The notes: generated by a model not told the origin, from the letters alone. Positions 7,472 to 15,242 are shown, counted from the stretch's first letter. The stretch is 64,000 bases of DNA from Candidatus Omnitrophota bacterium (GCA_022703055.1 JAKLEP010000001.1:474850-538849), one strand, 5' to 3'. Made by a program: numbers and translations.

Positions 7472-7619
7472 GTTGAAGAGTAATTTGGGGAATAAGTAAC
7501 TTAATTAATTGTTTTCCCTCGCCCGCCAATGCAGCAATGGCGGACTCGGGATTAATTCGGGCATACAACTTACGTCAGCTTCGCTTCCGTAAGTTGTGTT
7601 CTCATTAAGAAAGGACAAA
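7472..7619 (+). promoter_or_regulatory. Conserved structured 5' leader, copy 3
   Basis: GTTGAAGAG, then GGAATAAGTAACTTAATTAATT. Boxes CCCTCGCC 7516-7523 and CTCGGGATT 7545-7553 enclose hairpin 7523-7543. The conserved hairpin carries a compensatory change: ACAACTTACG 7565-7574 / CGTAAGTTGT 7588-7597. GTTCTCATT and ATG 7620 follow. Confidence 0.7.
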
Positions 7620-8048
7620 ATGGCAAAACTGTTTAGACGAAAACGCGCTGTAGCGCCGGTTGCGGCTGATGTGGATATCGCCGGCTTAATGGATAAGATT
7701 CAAAGCCAGCTGGATTCTCTGGAAAGAAAACTGGATACCTTGATCAGCCAATCATCCGGCCGGAGCCAAGATCGGCCTTTTAGGGGAAGATCCTTTGGCG
7801 GCCGTTCTTTTGGCCATGACAGAGGAAGGCGGGATGATCGTTCACGGGAAAGAATTCTTACCAAGGTGATTTGCGCCGAATGCGGCCAAGAATGCGAAGT
7901 CCCATTCAAGCCCACTGCAGACCGCCCGGTATACTGCAGGGAATGTTTCGCCAAGCGTAAAGGCGGCGGTGGCGGCTCTGATAGTTCCGTCCAGGAACAG
8001 GGAGATTTTAAACTAAAAACGAAATCGTTTTCGCGCCGGAGAAAATAA
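7620..8048 (+). CDS. Arg/Gly-rich zinc-ribbon protein (142 aa)
   Basis: The protein starts MAKLFRRKR and has a predicted helical segment. An RG-rich stretch RPFRGRSFGGRSFGHDRGRRDDRSRER follows. The four-Cys ribbon is CAECGQECEVPFKPTADRPVYCRECF. It is a paralog of 13496-13660. Confidence 0.7.
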   Translation: MAKLFRRKRAVAPVAADVDIAGLMDKIQSQLDSLERKLDTLISQSSGRSQDRPFRGRSFGGRSFGHDRGRRDDRSRERILTKVICAECGQECEVPFKPTADRPVYCRECFAKRKGGGGGSDSSVQEQGDFKLKTKSFSRRRK

Positions 8049-8058
8049 GAAGATTTTC

Positions 8059-8982
8059 ATGCTCACCAAGTTCCTGGAAAAATTTGCAAAATTGCTAGTG
8101 CTGTGGGTGGTTTTGGCGGCGGCAGTGGGATTTGTTTTTCCCCAGGTTTTAGTGCCGCTTAAGCCGTTCACTGATTGGCTGTTTGCATTTACCATGTTAG
8201 GTATCGGATGTTTACTTTCCGTCCAGGATTTTATGCCCATCCTTAAAAAACCTAAACTGATTCTGTTCGGCACTGCGGCGCAGTTCGTGATTATGCCTGT
8301 CTTGGCTTTTATCATCATCAAAATTTTAGGCCTGCCCGCTGCATTGGCAGTGGGATTGATCCTGGCCGCGGCAGTTCCCGATGCCATGGCAGCAGGAGTA
8401 ATGTCATATCTTGCCGAAGCCGATGTAGCATTTTCCGTGGCTTTGACTACTGCCACCACACTTGTCTCGCCGATTATCACCCCGGCATTGACCTATTTTC
8501 TGGGCCGGCAGTATATCCCGATACAATTCTGGCCGATGGTAAAAAGCATCTTGATGATGGTGATTTTTCCTTTGCTCCTTGGTTTGTGGGTGCAACATCG
8601 CTTTCATAAAATCACCACCCAAATCAAGCCGGTATTTCCCGCGTTATCCACATTGTTTATCGCATTTATCTGTGGCCTGGTCGTGGCATTAAACAAGAAT
8701 GCCATCAATAAAGTCACGGGAATAGTTTTGGTTTCCGTGGTAGCCTTGAATGTTTTCGGGTTGATTTTTGGATACCTGGCAGGCAAGGGATTCAAATTTG
8801 ATTTGGCCCAGCGCAGGACTCTGGCCATCAACGTGGGTATGCAAAACGCCGGAATGGGCGCGGTCTTGGCCATCAAGCATATTTCGCCCGAGGCAGCAAT
8901 CCCCAATGCGCTTTTTGCCACCTGGTGCATTGTCTCGGCGGCGATCCTGGCAGGAGTCTGGACGAGACATCAAATTAAATGA
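8059..8982 (+). CDS. Bile acid:sodium symporter (BASS/SBF-like) family transporter
   Basis: 307 aa polytopic membrane protein. It has a family-typical NVGMQNAGMGAVLA segment and BASS-like overall topology. Confidence 0.65.
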   Translation: MLTKFLEKFAKLLVLWVVLAAAVGFVFPQVLVPLKPFTDWLFAFTMLGIGCLLSVQDFMPILKKPKLILFGTAAQFVIMPVLAFIIIKILGLPAALAVGLILAAAVPDAMAAGVMSYLAEADVAFSVALTTATTLVSPIITPALTYFLGRQYIPIQFWPMVKSILMMVIFPLLLGLWVQHRFHKITTQIKPVFPALSTLFIAFICGLVVALNKNAINKVTGIVLVSVVALNVFGLIFGYLAGKGFKFDLAQRRTLAINVGMQNAGMGAVLAIKHISPEAAIPNALFATWCIVSAAILAGVWTRHQIK

Positions 8983-9635
8983 CACCTTATAAAAATTCTT
9001 CTTTAAAACTGGATAGGAAAACCTCAAGGCTTATTTCCGGCATAATTGTGGCTGTTTTGGTTGCGATCGCTTCTTATTTTCAGAATCAGGCCCGCCCTGT
9101 GAGTAATGCGCAGTATCAGTATCCCGAGAATAAAACCTACACCGTTACCAGAGTTTTTGACGGCGATTCGCTTGAGCTTGATGATGAAATCAAGGTCAGG
9201 CTTATCGGGATAGATGCCCCTGAGGATTTTCCCAATGTAAAATCGGCCAAGGAAAGCATGGCAACCGGCCAGGATGTCGGCACCATCGTAAAGATGGGAA
9301 GAGAAGCAAGGGACTTCGTCAAGGGCTTAGTTGAGGGCAAAAAAGTGCGTTTAGAGTTTGATAAAGATAAAAAAGATAAATACGGAAGGTTATTAGCTTA
9401 TGTTTTTATAGACACAAATTATAAATGGCGCATGACAGGCCGTGATTTTAGGGAAGATTCAGATATTGTTTATACTATTTACGGCGATGTTTGGAGTTTA
9501 TTTGTTAATGCGACGATTATCAAGCAAGGCTATGCCGAACCTTTGGATTTCGCGCCCAATGAAAAATACGCTGATTTATTCCGGAAGTTGTATCAGGAGG
9601 CAAAAGAGAAAAAGAGAGGGTTGTGGAAGCAGTAA
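8979..9635 (+). CDS. Membrane-anchored thermonuclease (staphylococcal nuclease homolog)
   Basis: N-terminal TM helix. SNase-like motifs VTRVFDGDSLEL, VRLIGIDAPE, GREARDFV, KYGRLLAYVF and QGYAE. Confidence 0.8.
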   Translation: MTPYKNSSLKLDRKTSRLISGIIVAVLVAIASYFQNQARPVSNAQYQYPENKTYTVTRVFDGDSLELDDEIKVRLIGIDAPEDFPNVKSAKESMATGQDVGTIVKMGREARDFVKGLVEGKKVRLEFDKDKKDKYGRLLAYVFIDTNYKWRMTGRDFREDSDIVYTIYGDVWSLFVNATIIKQGYAEPLDFAPNEKYADLFRKLYQEAKEKKRGLWKQ

Positions 9636-9655
9636 AAATATTCGCGGAGGTGTAA

Positions 9656-10351
9656 ATGAAGGTTTTATTTTCGGTCTTGATTTTTTTAGCAAGCGTTTCT
9701 GTGGCGAATGCGACAGAGGTTGTGGCGACCTGGGATGATGCAGCCCAGGCCCTTGCCGGTTGGCAGGGCGTAGCGGTAGGTAATTCCTTGGTTTATCACG
9801 ATACAGAAGGCAATCCCGGAGGATATATCGAAGCTTACGGTAATTTCAATTCGGGGATATCAAGCAACCAGCAGGATTTCACCGGTAATTTCTCAGAGAA
9901 AAATTATAATCGCATATTGATAGATATAAAGCCGATTATGGTGGCGGTTGCGGCCTGCAAGCCGGGAGTTTATCTGCGCTACAGCGCTTCTTTTGCCGCT
10001 TGGAAATACATTTTAAACAATTTCACCAATACCGCCGGAGCCTGGCAGCATTTTGAGGTGAATTTCAATCCTGCATGGACCGATGCAGAGGCTCAGGCCA
10101 ATGGCTGGAGCCTGGAAGAGGGGCCGGCGAAGAGCTTCGCCGAGACTATGGCGCATGTGGGTTCAGTTGCAGTTAAGATTAAATATATTTCTAATGCCGC
10201 AGCCTATATCGGTTATGATAATTTTACCTTAAAATATGTTGCGCCGCCGGCGACTAAATCGATAGGCCAGGTTTCAGGTTCAAAAACAAAACAAATAATC
10301 CCTTCTTCGGTTCTGGGCACGAAAAATACCCAGACGCAAGGGAAAAAATAG
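9656..10351 (+). CDS. Secreted hypothetical protein (possible jelly-roll/CBM-like fold)
   Basis: Signal peptide MKVLFSVLIFLASVSVANA and a GC-rich ORF. No confident family. Confidence 0.6.
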   Translation: MKVLFSVLIFLASVSVANATEVVATWDDAAQALAGWQGVAVGNSLVYHDTEGNPGGYIEAYGNFNSGISSNQQDFTGNFSEKNYNRILIDIKPIMVAVAACKPGVYLRYSASFAAWKYILNNFTNTAGAWQHFEVNFNPAWTDAEAQANGWSLEEGPAKSFAETMAHVGSVAVKIKYISNAAAYIGYDNFTLKYVAPPATKSIGQVSGSKTKQIIPSSVLGTKNTQTQGKK

Positions 10352-10362
10352 CAAAGGAAAAG

Positions 10363-10746
10363 ATGTATCAAGTAACCGTGACTGATCAAGATAATTATTG
10401 CTTCAAGGTTAAATCTAAAGATTACGCATTTGATGTGGATATGCGGGGGCAGAAGGGTATCAGCCCTCCGGATACGCTTCTTGCCAGCCTGGGAACATGC
10501 CTGGGGGTTTATATTCGTAAATATTTTGAAGGCGCAAAGATTCCAGTCCCGGGATTCGAGGTAATCGTTAGCGCCGATTTTTCGGAAGAGAAGCCGGCCT
10601 GTTTCAGGAGCGTCGATGTCTCGGTGGATTTAAAGGGCGCAAAGCTTGACCAGCGCCGTATTGATGCTATGCTATCGTTTATAAAGAATTGCCCGGTGCA
10701 TAATACCTTGAAACAGAATCCGAAAATTGATATAACTATAAAATAA
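10363..10746 (+). CDS. OsmC/Ohr family peroxiredoxin-like protein
   Basis: 127 aa with two conserved Cys contexts, LASLGTCLGVY and IKNCPVHNTL. Confidence 0.65.
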   Translation: MYQVTVTDQDNYCFKVKSKDYAFDVDMRGQKGISPPDTLLASLGTCLGVYIRKYFEGAKIPVPGFEVIVSADFSEEKPACFRSVDVSVDLKGAKLDQRRIDAMLSFIKNCPVHNTLKQNPKIDITIK

Positions 10747-10768
10747 CAGTGGTTAAGTTTGATGATTG

Positions 10769-10820
10769 TTTTCCGGGACGTTGCCCTAAATTTCAGGAAA
10801 TCGGCAACGTCCCGGAAAAA
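10769..10820. repeat. Inverted repeat of the GGGACGTTGCC family
   Basis: TTTT-CCGGGACGTTGCC (10773-10785), 17-nt loop, GGCAACGTCCCGG (10803-10815)-AAAAA. The arms are 13-bp perfect. Confidence 0.8.
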
Positions 10821-10848
10821 CTCAGATTAATAAAGAGAGGAGGATGCA

Positions 10849-11301
10849 ATGAAGACTATAGCTATCCTTTCAGTTATGTTGTTTTTTATAGTGGGTTTAT
10901 CGTTTGCTGCAAGTCCGCCATCTAACGCTCCTATGGTAATGCCTCAAAAAAGTACAAAGAGTGGCATGTCTACAGCGATGCCGGCAAATCAAGGGCAAAC
11001 TGGATTGCCTGATGCGCCCCGCGACCTGCACCTGACTGTGCGCAGTGCAACCCGTATTGACCTTTCCTGGCGTTACTATAATGTTTCCACCGAGGACGGA
11101 TTTATCATCGAGCGCAAAACAGGGGAAAATGGAGATTACAAAGTCATCTATGCCAACGACCGGACTAAACTTTTGTACGAAGACCAGAAAGTAGCTGCGA
11201 ATACAACATATTTTTACCGTGTGCGGGCGTTTAACCGCTATGGCTATACCGAGCCATGCCCAGAGGCAAAAGCCACTACTCCGACCGGTGGGCCGGATTA
11301 G
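10849..11301 (+). CDS. Secreted single-FN3-domain protein, paralog of 4267-5013
   Basis: It has a signal peptide. The FN3 unit LHLTVRSATRIDLSWRY...EDGFIIERKTGENGDYKV...TTYFYRVRAFNRYGYTE closely parallels the first FN3 of 4267-5013. Confidence 0.75.
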   Translation: MKTIAILSVMLFFIVGLSFAASPPSNAPMVMPQKSTKSGMSTAMPANQGQTGLPDAPRDLHLTVRSATRIDLSWRYYNVSTEDGFIIERKTGENGDYKVIYANDRTKLLYEDQKVAANTTYFYRVRAFNRYGYTEPCPEAKATTPTGGPD

Positions 11302-11349
11302 CTTTAAAATAATGGACAGGGCATAGCACAGGAAAACTTGGAGGAGGAT

Positions 11350-11547
11350 ATGAAGATTTCGCAGTTAATGGGGCCCTTAGGTATGGCCGCCTACATATCT
11401 TTAGCGGTTGCTTTTTTGACCGGGATTCTAAAATTCAAATTCCATGTTAAATGGATAAATATGAAATGGCACATTTGGGCGGGAATTTTGGCGATAACAT
11501 TTGCTACTTTGCATTTGGCAGTCTTCATTTATATTAATTTCTTTTAA
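11350..11547 (+). CDS. Small two-TM membrane protein with conserved His residues
   Basis: 65 aa from ATG 11350 with SD GGAGG at 11340-11344. Hydrophobic, with the sequence FHVKWINMKWHIWAGILAITFATLHLAVF. Confidence 0.5.
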   Translation: MKISQLMGPLGMAAYISLAVAFLTGILKFKFHVKWINMKWHIWAGILAITFATLHLAVFIYINFF

Positions 11548-11559
11548 AATGGAGGGAAT

Positions 11560-11913
11560 ATGAGAAGGATAATGATTTTAGCAGTTTTGTTTTTGACGGT
11601 GGCGGCTACCGGCGCCTGGGCGCATCCGCCGTCAGATATCATGATTACTTTTGATTCAAAGACAAAAATGCTCACCGCGATGATTATGCACGATGTCAAG
11701 AATCCCTTGGAGCATTACATTATTAAGGTTGATGTCGGATTAAACGGCAAAGAGATCTTAAGCCAGGCGATATCTCAGCAGGACAATAATATCAGCCAGA
11801 CTGTCAGTTATTTGATTCCCGACGCCAAATCCGGCGATACGCTATCGGTGGAGGCTTATTGTAGTATCAGTGGCAAATTGGAAAAAGAAATTACCGTAGG
11901 AGATAAAAAATAA
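11560..11913 (+). CDS. Secreted protein with weak superoxide-reductase-like (SORL) features
   Basis: Signal peptide ending AWA-HPP. EHYIIKVDV resembles the SOR EHYIxWIEL motif. EAYCSISG resembles YCNxHG, but with His replaced by Ser. The resemblance is from memory and was not searched. Confidence 0.35.
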   Translation: MRRIMILAVLFLTVAATGAWAHPPSDIMITFDSKTKMLTAMIMHDVKNPLEHYIIKVDVGLNGKEILSQAISQQDNNISQTVSYLIPDAKSGDTLSVEAYCSISGKLEKEITVGDKK

Positions 11914-11936
11914 CTAAAGCCGGTTAAGGAGAATAT

Positions 11937-12542
11937 ATGAGAATTGTGTCTTTGTTTTTTATGTTCTTGTTTGTCGGAGGAGTATTTTTTACGATTCTTA
12001 TTTATCCGATTTGGCTGCTGATCCATTGCGCGCTTTCTGAAAATCGCAGCACCAAATCCAAGGTTATCTGGATTATTTTGATGCTTTTGGCCTGGCCGTT
12101 TACCGCTATTGTCTACGGCTTGTTCGGCTCCAAAAGAAGGCTATTCCAATGGCTTTCCGGGATAATCATCGGCGTAGCCATTGCGGTGTTTATCGGTTTT
12201 TCCATCTTTATGGCAAAGATCCCGCAAATAGCAAGGCAGGAGATCTCAAACACGATAGCTGCCATTGACCGCCTGGATACAACCGGGATATCCGAGTCGG
12301 AATTAAAAGAGCTTAAACTCAATATGATGGTTCTAGGCGACGAAATGAGGATGATGTATTCAAGGTCCTCGGTGGAAAAGGTGGCTAAAGATATAAACCT
12401 GATGAAATTATTCTATATCTACATCAAAGACAATAGAATCTCTATGGACGAATATAGCGACTGGGTAGCAAAATACAAATCAAGGGAAATGCTGGATAGG
12501 AAGGCCTTGGAAAAATACATAGACGGCCTGGAAAAGAAATAA
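11937..12542 (+). CDS. Membrane protein with PLD-nuclease N-terminal-like (PLDc_N) segment
   Basis: The segment KVIWIILMLLAWPFTAIVYGLFGSKRR is typical of the PLDc_N short membrane domain. It has 3-4 TM helices and a soluble C-terminus. Confidence 0.45.
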   Translation: MRIVSLFFMFLFVGGVFFTILIYPIWLLIHCALSENRSTKSKVIWIILMLLAWPFTAIVYGLFGSKRRLFQWLSGIIIGVAIAVFIGFSIFMAKIPQIARQEISNTIAAIDRLDTTGISESELKELKLNMMVLGDEMRMMYSRSSVEKVAKDINLMKLFYIYIKDNRISMDEYSDWVAKYKSREMLDRKALEKYIDGLEKK

Positions 12543-12554
12543 TCGGAGGGTGTA

Positions 12555-12875
12555 ATGAAAAAGTTTTATATTTTTATCATTATGTTTATGATTTTTGCTT
12601 CGGCCTGTTTTGCCGACGACATCGGCTTTGTATTCGATTCGAATAAACAATACGACATTTACCTTAAGGCATACGAAAACCAGTCGCTGGTGATAAAAAA
12701 CGTCAAGATAATCAAAAGAGTTCAGATACTGGATGCGGATTTTCTAGTTATTGAGACTTCAAGCGCATCGCTGAAAGAAAACTTAGGATACATCCGCTTT
12801 GACGCCATAATCGCCGTATTAGCCAAGAATTCGGATGTGCTAAGTGCCACGGGGACTTTTAAGATAGGCCAGTAG
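12555..12875 (+). CDS. Small secreted hypothetical protein
   Basis: Signal peptide MKKFYIFIIMFMIFASACFA and SD GGAGGGTG. Confidence 0.55.
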   Translation: MKKFYIFIIMFMIFASACFADDIGFVFDSNKQYDIYLKAYENQSLVIKNVKIIKRVQILDADFLVIETSSASLKENLGYIRFDAIIAVLAKNSDVLSATGTFKIGQ

Positions 12876-12890
12876 CCGGATAAAAATAAC

Positions 12891-13406
12891 ATGTTCAGAA
12901 AGACTATTGAAGAATTAAAGAATAAAGCAATAAAATTAGGAGCCAGAGATAGTAAGGTTATTGATGTAAAGACCATCAAGACCGCGGCATGGGTGAGGTA
13001 TAAATGCGAATTTGGCTGCGATGGATTCGGGGAATGCCTTACTTGCCCGCCGTATTCGCCCACCCCTGATGCGACGCAAAAAATCTTGGATTGTTTTAAG
13101 AAGGCGATTTTCATTCATTGCCAGAGCGGCTCCCACGTAGATATCTCCCGGGTGGTATTAAAATTGGAGAAAGAGGCGTTTTTGGCCGGATATCATAAGG
13201 CTTTGGGGATGGGCGCAGGCCCATGCAGGCTTTGTAACGATTGTAATTTAAAAGGCGCCTGCCGCCATCGCGAAATGGCGCGTCCGTCAATGGAGGCCTG
13301 CGGGATAGATGTTTTTACTACCGCGCGAAACAACGGATTTAAGATTGAGACGCTTGATTCAACCAGATGTAGGGCAAATTACTTTGGTCTGGTATTGATT
13401 GCATAA
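12891..13406 (+). CDS. DUF2284-type predicted metal-binding protein
   Basis: Cys-rich pattern CEFGCDGFGECLTCPPYSP plus CRLCNDCNLKGACRH. Confidence 0.6.
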   Translation: MFRKTIEELKNKAIKLGARDSKVIDVKTIKTAAWVRYKCEFGCDGFGECLTCPPYSPTPDATQKILDCFKKAIFIHCQSGSHVDISRVVLKLEKEAFLAGYHKALGMGAGPCRLCNDCNLKGACRHREMARPSMEACGIDVFTTARNNGFKIETLDSTRCRANYFGLVLIA

Positions 13407-13495
13407 TTAAAAGATATCAGTTGTCATTTGAAAATTAAATGATATATTGTATTTGGAGATTCGCTTATGAGTCTCTAATGGGTTAGGGGGTGAAA

Positions 13496-13660
13496 ATGAC
13501 AGCATATAATGACGGCGGATTCCGTAAAGATTTCCGCCCAAGAGAAATGTTCAAGGCAGTTTGCGCAGAATGTAATCAGGAATGTGAAGTTCCATTCAAG
13601 CCGACTGAAGGCAAACCCGTTTACTGCAGGGATTGCTATAAAAAGAAAAAAGGATATTAA
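13496..13660 (+). CDS. Small zinc-ribbon protein (54 aa), paralog of the C-terminus of 7620-8048
   Basis: Not in the ORF track. ATG 13496 follows GGGGGTGA and the stop is TAA 13658-13660. The ribbon is CAECNQECEVPFKPTEGKPVYCRDCY. Confidence 0.65.
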   Translation: MTAYNDGGFRKDFRPREMFKAVCAECNQECEVPFKPTEGKPVYCRDCYKKKKGY

Positions 13661-13694
13661 GTTTAGATAGATTAATATCTAGTTTGAAGATAGG

Positions 13695-13773
13695 GGCCCC
13701 TCACCTTTTTAGAATTCAAATAGTTTTTAATTTGAGTTTTAAAGATTATTGAATAAATAAAAGGTGAGGGGCC
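13695..13773. repeat. Long-loop inverted repeat; the left arm belongs to the GGCCCCTCRCCTTTTTAG repeat
   Basis: GGCCCCTCACCTTTT (13695-13709) pairs perfectly with AAAAGGTGAGGGGCC (13759-13773). The left arm plus flank resembles 6438-6463. Confidence 0.6.
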
Positions 13774-13791
13774 TATCGATTCCTCTTTGTC

Positions 13792-14754
13792 ATGTTAAAA
13801 ATCGGCAATCTAAAATTAAAATCCCGCCTGATACTTGCTCCTATGGCAGGAGTGAGCGATTATCCTTACCGCATGATCAACCGTAAATTCGGATTTGAAC
13901 TGGCATTTACGGAAATGATTAACTGCCGTTCCTTAAGCTTTAAAAGCAAAAAGACTAAACGCATGCTTTATTTCGATTCCAACGACAAGCCTATAGGTAT
14001 CCAGTTATTGGCTGCTCATCCGGAATATTTATTGCGCGCCCTCGAAGTAATCAAGGACTATAAATTTGATATTATTGATTTTAATGCCGCCTGCCCGGTG
14101 AAAAAAGTGGTTAATAGGGGCGAGGGTGCGGCGCTCTTGAAGCATCCCAAGAAATTAAATCGTCTTCTTCGAATCATTGTCAAGGAATCAAGTGTTCCGG
14201 TTACGGTGAAACTGCGTACCGGCTGGGACGGTAAAGTTTCTGACATCAAAGAACTGGCTTCTGCCTGCGAAGATTCCGGGATTGACGCGATTTTTATCCA
14301 CGGCAGGACCAGAGAACAGGCTTACGGCGGCGATATCGATTACGAAACCATCAAGGAACTTAAGGACCACGTTAAGATTCCGGTGATTGCCAGCGGCAAT
14401 GTCCTCAATCCGCAATTGGCCAAGAAGATGTTCGATGAAACTGATTGCGATGCGGTCCTTGTGGCTCGCGGTGCTTTGGGCAACCCTTGGATATTTAAAG
14501 AGATTTCTGGGTTCCTAAAAGACGGTAGTTCCATGAAGGAACCTTCTAAAAGCGAGAGAATAGAGGCGATTAAGCGGCATTTAGATATGAATGTCGACTT
14601 TTACGGTGAGAAAAACGGCGTAAAATTATTCCGTAGGTTTCTTATCTGGTATACCAAGGGCCTGCCCAAGATACGAACTTTAAGAGAAACCATAAACCGC
14701 ATGAAGACCAAGGAGAGCATGGTTGATTTTATCGACAGGTGCTTTTATCTTTAA
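13792..14754 (+). CDS. dusB: tRNA-dihydrouridine synthase
   Basis: LAPMAGVSDYPYR, NAACPVKKV, and a TIM-barrel Dus pattern including IFIHGRT. Confidence 0.85.
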   Translation: MLKIGNLKLKSRLILAPMAGVSDYPYRMINRKFGFELAFTEMINCRSLSFKSKKTKRMLYFDSNDKPIGIQLLAAHPEYLLRALEVIKDYKFDIIDFNAACPVKKVVNRGEGAALLKHPKKLNRLLRIIVKESSVPVTVKLRTGWDGKVSDIKELASACEDSGIDAIFIHGRTREQAYGGDIDYETIKELKDHVKIPVIASGNVLNPQLAKKMFDETDCDAVLVARGALGNPWIFKEISGFLKDGSSMKEPSKSERIEAIKRHLDMNVDFYGEKNGVKLFRRFLIWYTKGLPKIRTLRETINRMKTKESMVDFIDRCFYL

Positions 14755-14812
14755 AAATCGCCTTTAGTTCTAATCCTTGACTCTTTAGGAACAAATTGAT
14801 AAGCTATTAGAG

Positions 14813-15232
14813 ATGAAAAAAGTAATCAGTCCGGAAAAAAGGATTAAGCGCGGGTTAAAAAAGAATTGGGATGCGCTTTTGATTTTTGGGGTCGTGATCC
14901 TTATCGGCGCCATTCTCTGGAAGATATTCCCCAGTATTGAAGAGAAACTTATTTACAATAAAAATATACCTGAGACACCAGAGCATGCGGTGAGTGTATC
15001 TAGCGCATCGGAGTTTGCTACCAGGAGTGATGAGGCCGCGACATTTTCCGATAAGGTAAAAGATTTTCTTGGTATCCGCAGGACAACTACAGGCAAGACC
15101 CCGGAAGCTACCCGGGAAGCTCAAAAAGAACAGGATGTAATCATTCAGGATAAAATCGATCGCATGGATGAAACCTTGCAAGATATCAAAGACAGATTGA
15201 GAGAGGACAGAGAGTTAAGGAGCATACCTTAA
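14813..15232 (+). CDS. Hypothetical single-pass membrane protein
   Basis: 139 aa with one TM helix (ALLIFGVVILIGAILW) and a charged C-terminus. Confidence 0.5.
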   Translation: MKKVISPEKRIKRGLKKNWDALLIFGVVILIGAILWKIFPSIEEKLIYNKNIPETPEHAVSVSSASEFATRSDEAATFSDKVKDFLGIRRTTTGKTPEATREAQKEQDVIIQDKIDRMDETLQDIKDRLREDRELRSIP

Positions 15233-15242
15233 GGTGATAAAA

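Noticed and set aside
4246-7619. Upstream GTG/TTG starts given by the ORF track (4246, 6600, 7596) that add 7-8 residues (MLIEGEK-, MLIKEGD-, MFSLRKDK-)
   Set aside because: These codons lie inside the conserved non-coding leader, in the stem and GTGCTCATT box. The ATGs at 4267, 6621 and 7620 have proper SD spacing and begin typical signal peptides or N-termini.
4121-7619. The repeated leader modules considered as a CRISPR-like array
   Set aside because: The repeats are ~150 nt, degenerate, and separated by 1-2.4 kb containing full genes. There are no short regular repeat-spacer units or cas genes.
8013-9027. Antisense ORFs opposite the BASS transporter (8013-8480, 8404-8622, 8604-8930, 8689-9027)
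   Set aside because: The + strand ORF is a coherent polytopic membrane protein. The antisense translations are compositionally odd and overlap each other in different frames.
10769-10820. The GGGACGTTGCC palindrome considered as a simple rho-independent terminator for the OsmC gene
   Set aside because: On the + strand the hairpin is followed by AAAAA and preceded by TTTT. This is the wrong polarity for + strand termination. It is kept as a repeat instead.
12722-13136. Antisense ORFs of 130 aa (12722-13114) and 66 aa (12936-13136) spanning the junction of two + strand genes
   Set aside because: They cross an intergenic region with an SD for the DUF2284 gene. They have no motifs, and the + strand genes have a signal peptide and Cys-motif support.
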